Source: Octopus sinensis
Lineage: Eukaryota
Reading direction: 5' to 3'
DNA: 64,000 nt
Assembly (NCBI RefSeq): GCF_006345805.1
Contig: NC_042997.1
Span: forward strand, 47,864,001-47,928,000
The position numbers and the translations under genes are program-made. Shown one piece after another: positions 40,641 to 51,950 of the stretch (its first letter is position 1; each line of letters begins with the position of its first letter). A model generated the notes under the pieces. It saw nothing but the letters and a program-made list of their open reading frames with translations. It was not told the origin of the DNA and ran no database searches.

Positions 40641-42367
40641 GATAATGGATTTCCCAGAGAGTATCTGAAATTCGTGTTTATTTAAAATAAGAAATCTCGC
40701 CAGTTGATTAAATGCTGATTCTTAAATAATATGAATAAAATATTGTTCTCTTATGAGAATCTGATTTTTATTTAGTAATCTTCCCTGACGGCTTCTACAA
40801 CAATGAAATATCACAGTCCTGTGGATATTAAATAGAAAAAAATGATACTGTGAGCAAAATGTTTGTGTTGTTGATGAGGATGTAGAAGGAGCTTAAATTT
40901 TAACTTCGTAAATTTTTTTGGTAGATTTTGTACTTGAGAAAGACTTCAGCGCACTTTACCAGAGTAAAGAGATGAGAGCTATATAGCAGACACGGCAGAC
41001 TATCTGCATTGCATAAGCAAATCCCGTTACCGACAGGTGCAGAAATTTTGCTCTTGTCGCTTGCCTGAATATCATAAAGCGCTTAGAATAATATAGAACC
41101 GGTGTTTGACATAAAAACTTGTATGGGGCGAAATGTTGAATATTATGACCAATGTGGTTGTTTAGGACTCAGACTTTTACATTTGAAATATGTATTCGAA
41201 ATGCTGAAGATAAACCAACGATTAGAAAAGTCAAATATGCTGTCCTTTGCGTTGAAAGACACAAGAGTGTGTTTCCATTGATTAGGATGAATCCATCTAG
41301 AGAGAAAAATAGCAGAGTTTGGATAAAACGAGGGGCAGGCCTTGTAGTTCCCTGGAAAAGTAGTGTTGGAATTAATTGTTTTTTTTGTTTAATCAAAGCT
41401 CTCAGATAGGATGTTGTATTTGATGATGATGGGATATATCTGGTGACGAAATTGTTAGAGTAAATTGCGTTAGTGCGGCGCCTTTGTGTATGCGAATGTT
41501 CGTGTCTGTGTGTCTGCGTTGGTGTGTTTCTGAGTAATTCAATGACTCTTTATTTTCTCCACGTTCCTTGTTAAAAAATGAGAGCGTGAGAAATGAAGAC
41601 GAAAACAAGTTGAAACAAACCAATATCTCTCACATGCTAACAGATAAACGTACAGAAACTGTAAATAGATACACACAAAGATATAAACATTTATTTGTAA
41701 ACATACACACACGTATACACACATGTGTGTGAATGTGACTGCATACATCTGTTTGTGTGTTTGTGTGTGTGCGTGTGTGCGTGTGTGTGTGTATGTGTGT
41801 GTCTGTGTGTGTTTTGTGTGTGGTCTTGACACGCGTGGCTGAATTTTTCAAGTCACATGCTAGTTTTAATTACACACACAAAAAAGACAGAAATATTTTA
41901 ATGATATTTTTAAGCAGATATTACTGGAATCACGGAATAAGAATCGATCTGTTTGCCATGAGAATATGAAGTGGGATTCTTTCCCAACAGTTTCAAATGA
42001 ATAGAAAATAAAATAAAAAAGAAGGAGGCTAATTTAGAAAATAGTGAAAACAAAGCTGTAATTGGAGAAGTAAATATAAGCAAAAGTAAATAAACACACG
42101 TTTGTGAATATATGTAGACGGCGGCTAGGTATATATTAGCAGTAAACTAAACTAAAATATCGCATAAATATCTGCTTTCTTAACACATGCTCCCATATTA
42201 TTGCGTCTTTTGTTACCCAGTTAGAAACTATTTCTTGATTGTGAAAGAAAGCAATTATTTTCTTACAGAAGCACAAATAGTGAACCTTCACCTCACTTTT
42301 TTAATTATGCTATCATAGTTCATTTTCCCATGAGTTTAGATAAAATCATTTCATATATATATATACA

Positions 42368-42440
<73 letters not shown>

Positions 42441-42765
42441 GATGGGAGAACGCAATATAATTAGCAGAGTGAAATATATTGATAATAATGACTTGACTGC
42501 GACTTCAAGTGTTGTCGCTAAAGGTTAAACAAGAGAAATCGTATTGTTGAATAAACTGTAATATTAAAAAAATGCTTTGTGTTAAAAGAATATTTCAAAA
42601 ATGTGTCTCGATACATACATATACACATAAATATACATACATATACATAATACATATATATATATATATATATGCCCTTATATATGTACACAAAAATAGA
42701 GGAGATAAATGGACGTACATGTATAGACATACATATATACATATACAACATACACATATATATAT

Positions 42766-42827
<62 letters not shown>

Positions 42828-42859
42828 CAATAATAGCAAAGGATAAAATTAATTATTAA

Positions 42860-43340
42860 CTAGTTTTCAATAATTTCAACAAGTAGAAGTCGGCATGAAA
42901 AAGGACCATTTCACGGTAAATTAAAGTAATACTTCATAATAGGGTTCAGCAAAGATTTGCTTTACCACAAAACGAAGTTTATTAATAGCAGCCAAAGAAC
43001 CTTAGCTATTTCTTCTACTTTAAAAACAGACTTCCGAAAAAAAAAAGTACTCGAAAACAATCCACGAAGACAGAGAGGAAAATAACGAAAATCAATCGAT
43101 ATTAGATTACCCATGTACGCGTTTCGGAATTAGAATCGGTATAAAGAATTTGTAGTTTATACTTTACCCAAACATTTTCTTCATCAGCATGGGACTTCAC
43201 AATATTAAATATTAAAAATATTAAATTTGAAGGCACTGGAAGAACTGAACATATCTCTCTAACTAACGGTATCAGACAGATCAAATTCAACGTCAGTACC
43301 GCCGAATTTGAAAATATACGAATGAGGTTCATCATCTTCC
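42860..43340 (-). mobile_element. Non-coding hammerhead-bearing mini-element (PLE-terminus or retrozyme-like)
   Basis: About 480 bp of non-microsatellite sequence between (TA)n tracts, with a complete hammerhead in the middle. Boundaries approximate. Confidence 0.55.
43110..43193 (-). ncRNA. Type I hammerhead ribozyme, canonical core
   Basis: Minus strand: stem I CCCAUG/CAUGGG (6 bp); CUGAUGA (43187-43181); stem II A.C mismatch then GAA/UUC, with further pairing GGUA/UACC; GAAA; stem III AC-GC-GU (palindromic ACGCGU); predicted cleavage GUA^ between 43116 and 43115. Confidence 0.85.
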
Positions 43341-43399
43341 CTATATATATATTTGTGTGTGTGTGTTGTAGAACCTAATTATCTTCTCTTTTTTTTTTG

Positions 43400-44160
43400 C
43401 TTTTGATTCCTGGTTTTCAATCAATAGAAATTGTGTGCCTTTTTGCCGGATGATTTCTGAATGTATTTTGTGTCCATTGTTTGAATGATTTATCATGACC
43501 ACCTGAAAATTTTGTTAGCTTCTATTTCCTATAAAATTAGTCTTCATTTTTAGTGCCTAAATTGGTCTATATATCCTTCTTATTCTACCTGGTGCTTATA
43601 TCCCTTTCTAAGTTTTATACAAAATATAATAATATATAGATTTTTCTATACTTTGGTGATATCTTTTTCCCCCTGTAACCTTATTGCCCATTTAGATCTC
43701 ATTGTAACGTCCTTTGTTTTCTATTTATCTGATAATAAAGAGTTTATGTCACCCCTACCCCCCTCTTTCTGGGCATTTACCACTATCTGAGATATATTTA
43801 TTTATGTGGTCAAGGGAATTTATAGCCATAGTGATCAATGTTTTCATGTATATCTGACAGTATTGAATTTATTACCAGCAGCTAAAACTTAACTCTCAAC
43901 TCCTATCGGTTTTAATTCTTAGTAGACGCAAAATGATAGCGGCATTAGTTCTTTTAATGGTGATATAGAGTAGATAAAAATTGTAGCTCATGACTCCCAC
44001 TGTTATCCTATTCTGCCTCTCCAAATTATAGTTGGAGTATTTTTTCCTAAGTTTATTCTGCTACGATAGTGGCAGCATAGAATTCTTTCATTCTCTTGTT
44101 CCGAAGAAATATTTGCTAAAAATTATAATGGAGTATCCTATCTGTTGAAAACCTATATTT
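43400..44160 (-). mobile_element. Very degenerate L1/Tx1-like ORF2 remnant
   Basis: 'RSKWAIRLQGEKDITK' resembles the Tx1/L1 'RSR..W...GEK.T' segment; otherwise riddled with stops. Confidence 0.4.
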
Positions 44161-44733
44161 TGCAACCGAAGATGGCTGTGTACTTCAAATTGATGCAACA
44201 TCTGCATTTTTCGATTAATTTAACCCGCCTGAAACTGCCGTAATGCACTGATACGTTGACATCCTTGTTACTTATATATATATATATAAGTATTAATTTA
44301 ATTCGAGTATTAATTTTTCCCTCTTGTTTTGCATTTACGTTTTAACTTTTGTGCATATATGTATGTATTTACGTACGTATGTGTGTATATATATATAATA
44401 TATATATATATATATTATATATATATATATTTGTGGGGGCGTGTATGTATATACGCATATCACATATGTTTATGTAAGAAGGTGTGAATTTATATATATG
44501 GGTAGATGCATGTCTGCGTGTGTATGTTTAAATTTAAACACTAGTAATAAAAGTGTCGTATACCTCATAATAATGATTGGGTAAAAATGAATTTGTTTGG
44601 CAAGTTAATTCCATCAAAAAATTCTACCAGCTTGTTGCTAATCACAGAATGATTTTCTCGTTAATTTTTACATTTTAATTATTTTTATGATAGCATCTCT
44701 TCTGTTAATGTAATTCATTGCAATAAATACATA

Positions 44734-44734
<1 letters not shown>

Positions 44735-44820
<86 letters not shown>

Positions 44821-44845
44821 ATTATTATTATTATTATTATTATTC
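44735..44845. repeat. (TTA)n tract, 3' tail/target of the adjacent LINE
   Basis: Direct reading. Confidence 0.95.
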
Positions 44846-45488
44846 TATGTTTGACTTTTGCTTTATTTCTGTACAAGTTGGCTCCAAGTCTCTCCCAGAT
44901 ACCTCAAGAGACAACAGGTTGGAAGTTCACGTTGTTGTTATGCCTAGTGTGCCATATATTTGGGTTTTTTTTTGGTGTTGTACTAGTGAATGTCTAATAA
45001 ATAATTTTTTTTTAAAAGTTTGTTTTAAACCTTGGGATTACATAGAGAGTATTTTGCGTAGGATATGAGCAGTTCCCATGAGCACTATCTTTTGAATTTC
45101 TGCCATTTTGGGGTTTCCTGATATCTGAGTTAGGTAGCAATCAGCCCCTTTCGCTATCATTCCCAGGGCACCTATGACAACAGGTATTGATTTAGTCTTC
45201 AGGTTCCACATGTTGCTGATTTCTACTTCAAGATCTTTATATTTGCTCAGTTTTTGGTAGGTCTTGACAGATACGTTTATATCGATTGGGACAATCATAT
45301 CAATGAGGAGGCATGTTCTTTGTCTGAAGTCTTTCAATATGATGTCTGGCCTATTTGCATCTATCTTTCTGCCAGTTTGAATGGTGAAGTTCCAGAGGAG
45401 TGAGATGTGGTCATTTTCTAGCACTGGGGGTGGATTGTGTTCCCACCAGTTTTTTTCATGGGGCAAATCCAGGTTTTTGCAAATTACC

Positions 45489-45490
<2 letters not shown>
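44846..45490 (-). mobile_element. 5'-truncated R4/Dong-type LINE (RLE domain + 3' UTR) inserted in (TAA)n
   Basis: Open 142-aa stretch 'WWEHNPPPVLEN..LLWNFTIQT..ANRPDIILKD..CLLIDM..KLSKYKDLEVEI..PVVIGALG..KIVLMGTAHILRKILSM*'. (TAA)n on both sides (44735-44845 and 45491-45548). Confidence 0.93.
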
Positions 45491-45554
<64 letters not shown>

Positions 45555-45724
45555 TTTTATTATCAATATAAATAAAATAAAAACAAAAGTAAAAGTAAAA
45601 ATCAAAATAAATGTAAAGTAAAAATATTCCCTTATTTCCCTTTATACTTCCTACATCATTCATTTTCCAATATAATTCCTAATACTGAACTCTACTATTT
45701 CCTTCTAGTTAACTCTCTCATATC

Positions 45725-45772
45725 GTCTCAGATGAAGGGATACTCATAATATCCCAGAAACAGCTGTAAGAC
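45725..45772 (+). ncRNA. Hammerhead-like motif with U4A substitution in PLE-pLTR-like sequence
   Basis: GUCU-CAGAUGA-A-GGGAUA CUCAUAA UAUCCC-A-GAAAC-AGCU-GUA-AGAC: 4-bp stem I, 6-bp stem II, palindromic CAGCUG stem III. Confidence 0.7.
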
Positions 45773-46149
45773 CACATTTCTCTTTATACATGTCCTATAA
45801 ATTCCAAATATAAAACCCTTTTGACTGCTTCCACCACAAATGACACTACTACAAGGGCGTTAGAATAATACCCACCAAGTATTAAGAACCATATTTTGAG
45901 AACAGTCACTACCCACGAATTTATTCAGAAAAATTCCAATCGCATTGTTTACATTATTTACATTTCACGGATATTTGTCCTCATAGTGTTTATTGTTAAC
46001 ACAACGTTTTGGCTGATATACCCTCCAGCCTATTTCGGGTGTCCAATCACTACTACTATAACCATAACAGGTCACGTTTAGGTCACTTGACCATTTAAGA
46101 AGAATCCACCAACAGCTTATTACTGTCATACTACTCCCGTCTTTTTCTT

Positions 46150-46157
46150 CTTTTCCC

Positions 46158-46188
<31 letters not shown>

Positions 46189-46227
46189 CTTCTTCTTCTT
46201 CTTCTTCTTCTTCTTCTTCTTCTTCTT
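46150..46227. repeat. (CTT)n microsatellite
   Basis: Direct reading. Confidence 0.95.
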
Positions 46228-46377
46228 TGTTTTTCCTGATTTACACTAAGCTGAAAAAGAGTCGCAAAGGCTGGAACCTGTACTAAAATGTTCATTATAA
46301 AATAATATCAGCATTATCTACCATGTCCTATTTTCCTTAAGTATATATGTATGTATATGTATATGTATATGTATACA

Positions 46378-46408
<31 letters not shown>

Positions 46409-46929
46409 GTTTGTATGTATGTAAGTATGTATGTATGCATGTATATATATATGTATATATATGTGTGTGTGTCTGTGTGTCTGGGTTTGTATATATATGT
46501 ATAAATATATATATATATATATACACGCATATTGTGTATTTATGTGTGTGTGTGAGTGTATATGTATATATATACATGAGAGTGAGGGTGAAAGTATGTG
46601 TGTATGTGCGTGTGTGTGGACAAACACACACGAACACGCGTAAGTTGAGCGTCTTCATTTAACTTTCTTGAAGTAACTGAAACATAAAACCAGTTGAAAC
46701 ATCAATTGTAGTGAAATGTCTACGAGATTGCCAACGAATGTCAGAAATCTTTTAAAGCAATAATATTTCTATGCAAAGACTATAAGGCATTGAAGATCCT
46801 ACTGAAACAATAATGTAAGGGATATCGGGGGCTACTTGAGACATCTATCGTTTTGAAATGTAGCCTGTAGCCGGTGAGTATTGATATGCCAGCAAGATAA
46901 GATAATCATTGAAGAATATATTGTATTTG

Positions 46930-46968
46930 TATATATATATATATATATATAAATAAAAAGAGAGAGAG

Positions 46969-47043
<75 letters not shown>
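46930..47043. repeat. (TA)n-(GA)n-(GATA)n compound microsatellite
   Basis: Direct reading. Confidence 0.95.
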
Positions 47044-47044
<1 letters not shown>

Positions 47045-47475
47045 GAATGTATATATGTATGCACATGCGTGTATATATGTCTCCTGTGTACAGACACACG
47101 GGCGTGATTTTGTAAGTATATGTGTAATTTGTCTGTGAAGTATTGTTTGTAGCCAGCCTAGCATGGTGAGCATAATATATTATTTACTGATCTTATATGC
47201 TCCGTTGCTATTTATTTGTATTTTATTACCGGTCCTTACTTAATTTGACTTGCTCGTCCTGTGATGAGTAGTATCTAATGTCATAAATCCGTCTGCTTTT
47301 TTATTTCTTCAGAACACGTACGGGCGTGTAAGCTAACACGCATCTCATACGTGTGTGCGCGTGTGTGTGTGTGAGTGTGTGAGTGGGTGAGTGAGTGAAT
47401 GAGTGAGTGAGTGTGTGTGTGTGTATGCGTTGATATAGATGTATACTGATTTATTTTTCTATATATTATATATAT

Positions 47476-47649
47476 AGGCGCAGGAGTGGCTGTGTGGTAA
47501 GTAGCTTGTTTACCAACCAAATGGTTCCGGGTTCAGTCATCCTGCGTGGAACCTTGGGCAAGTGTCTTCTACTATAGCCTTGGGCCGACCAAAGCCTTGT
47601 GAATGGATTTGTTAGACGGAAACTGAAAGAAGCCCGTCGTATATATATA

Positions 47650-47705
<56 letters not shown>

Positions 47706-47935
47706 ATATATATATATGCGTGTGTGTGTTTGTGTGTCTGTGTTTGTCCCCCTAGCATTGCTTGACAACCGATGCTGGTGTGTTTGCGTCCCCGTAACTT
47801 AGCGGTTCGGCAAAAGAGACCGATATAGCAAGTACTGGGTTTACAAAAGAATAAGTCCCGGTGTCGAGTTGTTCGATTAAAGACGGTGCTCCAGCATGGC
47901 CGCAGTCAAATGACTGAAACAAGTAAAAGAGAAAG
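47476..47935 (+). mobile_element. SINE family A, full length
   Basis: AGGCGCAGGAGTGGCTGTGTGGTAAGTAGC.., internal (TA)n(TG)n at ~47640-47740, 3' ..GGTGCTCCAGCATGGCCGCAGTCAAATGACTGAAACAAGTAAAAGA. Confidence 0.92.
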
Positions 47936-48035
47936 AGAGAAAACAGAGATATATATACATGCTTACGTAAATGTGTATATATATACATATCTACATATAT
48001 ATATATATGCACATATATATACACAAATATATGTG

Positions 48036-48089
<54 letters not shown>

Positions 48090-48476
48090 ATATATTATAT
48101 ATATATATATATATATACATACATATTGAAAGAGAGAGTGTGTGTGTGTGTGTGAGAGAGCGTTAAAATAGAGTGAGAGAGAAAAAGCGAAAGTGGGCTA
48201 GATTCAGATTGTCCTTTGTCTTAAATACAGTTCTTAGTTTTATATCAATGTAGACTAGTTATTCTTTTAAGCCTATATTTCCCTGCTTAACAATGTTTCA
48301 GATCTGTCTCTTCAAGGATGTTAATATCATTCGATTGCGGTTTTTCCCTCCTATTTACTCCCTTTTTACTTTTGATTATTTGGTTATGCTGAATATTTAA
48401 CTTGAAGAACATGAATTACAATGTCATACGCACGTGTTGTGCGAGTAGATACCATTTATATAGTAATAATGTACAT

Positions 48477-48639
48477 AGGCGCAGGTGTGGCTGTATGCTA
48501 AATAGCTTCCTTACCAAACACATGGCTCCGGGCTCGGTCCCACTGCGTGGCACCTTCGGCAAGTGTCTTCTAATATAGCCTCGGACCGACCAAACTTTGT
48601 TAGTGGATTTGCTAGACGAAGACTGAAAGAAGCTCGTTG

Positions 48640-48678
<39 letters not shown>

Positions 48679-48870
48679 TATGTCCCCCCACCATCGCTTC
48701 ACAACCGATGTTGGCGTATTCACGTCCCCGTAACGTAGCGGTTCGGCAAAACAGACCGATAGAATAACTACTAGGCTTACAAAGAATAAGTCCTGTCGTC
48801 GATTTGTTCGACTAAAGGCGGTGCTCCAGCATGGCCGCAGTCAAATGACTGAAACAACAGAATAAATAAG
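48477..48870 (+). mobile_element. SINE family A, full length
   Basis: Same head, a shorter internal microsatellite, same 3' module. Confidence 0.9.
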
Positions 48871-48989
48871 AACATTACAATAATCATGATCACTGTCATT
48901 ATAATTATTTCTGAGTAAGAGAGCAGCACACGCCATCACACTGATGCTGGGTTTCAAATATACAAAGCCATATATACCCATCTTGACTA

Positions 48990-50030
48990 CCTGTCGAATA
49001 AGGATACAAAAGGTATATGCTTCACAACTAAATGTATGTCAAATAGCGACCTTATCTGAATATGTTTCTCGAATTTTTTCTTGTCACTTCGGTTTTTTAG
49101 GAGTCTTTGCCACTCTCTTTTTTAATATTATGGCACCTATTTTGGGGTAGACTGTACCAGCAGCACACAGTACCTCATTCAAGGATGATATTTTGTTCGT
49201 TTCTCTTCATGATATATTTGAAGACCGTATTCACCTGGAAGATTATTTTGTCATTTTTTTTTTACTATAGTGAACTTAAGGAAGATCACTACATTCCTTG
49301 ATAACGATATTTTGGGCTTTGATTCATTCAGCGTTTATTTCTTCTTACAGATGTCTTCTTTTGTTATCACCATTAATGTTCTCTAAATTTTCGGTAGGTG
49401 CTTTAGCATGTTTATCTGCAATAGTCTGATCACCAGGAAGAGTGCTTAGGTTGTGTGTGTCGTGCTGTATACTTCTTCCTACGAAAATATTTCTTCTAAC
49501 ACTCTGACAGTTTTTGTAATTTGCGGGTTGATATCGCTGGGTCTTTCTTTAGATATAATTTTACATTTTCTTTTATTTTGTCAATCTCAATGTCGCTTAA
49601 CAATTTCCGTTTTATAAAATGTCTTCCTTCATTTGTAAACTTGTTGTCAGTATTCAGTCTTATTTTAGGATCCGTTTGTCTCCAGATTCTATGTATATTA
49701 ATTCAGTGTTTGAGATGTTTCTTGCCTGATGTATAGCGGTCTGCTAACACTCAATAACCTGTATATTATCGCGCCTGGACCATTTCTGCTTTTCGATTTG
49801 AGTGTTGGCTTCAAATATTGGGGATGAAAGGCTTTGCAAAGGACTTGTGTTCTTGTGAGAGACCTTCACACATATATTGCTGAGGAGTATAGAACCAGTA
49901 ACAAACTTTTCACGCCCTAACTACCTTTGCTCAGGGTGGCACTACCCTTGTTCACCTGGACCACATCCGATCCGGCATAGATTCTACGTTGCTGAGTTTT
50001 GGCTTGCTGCCATTAAAGTTGTTTAGAGTT
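48990..50030 (-). mobile_element. Degenerate N-terminal region of an R4/Dong-type LINE
   Basis: 'IHRIWRQTDPKIRLNTDNK..KRKLLSDIEIDKIKENVK' and 'LNEVLCAAG..KKPKW' resemble the pre-RT region of R4/Dong ORFs. Multiple stops. Confidence 0.5.
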
Positions 50031-50774
50031 ACCTTTTGGACAGAACACCGCTTCCGCATTCTTTGAATGGATATGTTTCTCACATGGTACTCGCATGAGG
50101 CTTACAGAACGAAATTCAATTTTGTTTTCTTTAGTAGATGTATATCCGGAAGTGGCAGTTTTGTGGTAATCTAAACAAATATTGACTGCTTTGGGGTTTG
50201 CTTCTGTAAAGTCGCTTCGTTGTAGCTCTGATTTGCTTGTGACTGTGTGACTCTGTGTGTGTGTATGTGTGTGTGTGTGTACGCCAGTGTGTGTGTGTGT
50301 GTGTGTACACCAGTGCGTGTGTGTGTGTCTGTGCGTGGAGTAAGTGTTATTTATGTTGTTTATAAACATTAACATGCATTCATAAACGGTTACGTAAGTA
50401 ATTACCTATTTACTGTGAACATAACGGTTTTTCCCCCTTTTCTCCCAGAGGCTCCCGATGTTGATTTCGGTTATTCGCACGTATCACTCTAAGGTGTACA
50501 TAGAGTAAACTATGCTCTACCTAATCTCACAATTATCTTTTTTTAATTGATTTGCTTTAAAGGAATATGTATTGCCAAGATTACTATGCATTTCGCCTCT
50601 ATAATAACCAGAGCATCCCGATGAGGGCGTAGATTCGAGGTGAGTGGCCCCGACCACTGTAATACACCGGCGTGCGACCTGAGAGCGTGACCGCAGCGGA
50701 GGGGTCGTCTAACCTAATTTGTTTTTTGGAGAGGAAATCCAGGTGTACCGCCATGTTCTTATTTAGCAAGTACT

Positions 50775-50827
<53 letters not shown>

Positions 50828-50895
50828 TTACTACTACTACTACTACTACTACTGCCACTACTACTGCTACTACTGTTGTTGTTGTTGTTGTTGTT
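50775..50895. repeat. (CTA)n-(GTT)n microsatellite
   Basis: Direct reading. Confidence 0.95.
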
Positions 50896-51072
50896 AAATT
50901 GGCAAGGTCAGCTGGTGGACAAAAATGCTTGGCGCCATATTCTGCGGCTTATGTGATTATTCCAATCTATAAATTTTACAGCTTAGGCGTATCAATTGTT
51001 TTGATCAGAAATATCTAACGAGTAATATTAAGGAAGACAGCATTTCTGTACACTAAGTCTTATATATATATA

Positions 51073-51094
51073 TAACCACTGGGCCATTGCGCCT

Positions 51095-51096
<2 letters not shown>
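51073..51096 (-). mobile_element. 24-bp head remnant of SINE family B embedded in (TA)n
   Basis: Revcomp GGAGGCGCAATGGCCCAGTGGTTA matches the head at 5563. Confidence 0.7.
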
Positions 51097-51395
<299 letters not shown>

Positions 51396-51749
51396 ACGCT
51401 TTTCTCGCTGGTTTAAGTGTTCGTTTCTCTTTTTGTCTTCTGCAATTTCATTTTGGGATCTTCCATATATATGAAGAATTTTCCTCCGTCTAGCTATTTT
51501 TCTCTCTACAAAACGGAAAGCTGCATTATGGAAGAGTCATTTTCACGAGATTTTAAAACTTTTTTTTATCACCCGACGAGAATCGTCTGCACCATCGGAT
51601 ATTCCTGAACCAGTTTTTATGTATCCCATGTATCCCACAAGAGGGGTCGATGTTACATGTGTCGAAACAATTGTTGTGATTAGCAATATATTCTCGTATA
51701 TTCCATTCATACGTTTTGGGATCACTACTACTTTATTATCTCCCCTTCT

Positions 51750-51950
51750 TCCTCGCTCTCCTCTCTGACCACTTCCGTCCAGCCAGCTGCAGTGATCGAC
51801 CGCTAGCCACTAAAGCGTCTTTTTATTCTCTCTCTGTTTATTTTCTCGTGTTCCTTTCTGTTGAAGAGCGTAGGCTCGAAACGTTAAAGACTTTCTCACT
51901 CTCCCTGTTTGTTGTTTATAAACTTGTCTTCGTCTTTTTTCTTTTTTTTT
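51750..51950 (+). mobile_element. PLE-terminus-like element with hammerhead-like motif (51854-51889)
   Basis: CUUU-CUGUUGA-A-GAGC GUAG GCUC-GAAAC-GUU-AAAG. Aligns with the minus-strand copy at 37468-37658. Confidence 0.7.

Noticed and set aside
41201-41240. CUGAAGA-UAA..UUA-GAAAAGUC hammerhead-like string
   Set aside because: Stem III is mismatched and stem I cannot pair.
40900-41400. 'SYIADTADYL' resembling PLE RT 'SYIKDT.DFL'
   Set aside because: The following motifs are not recoverable; too degraded to call.
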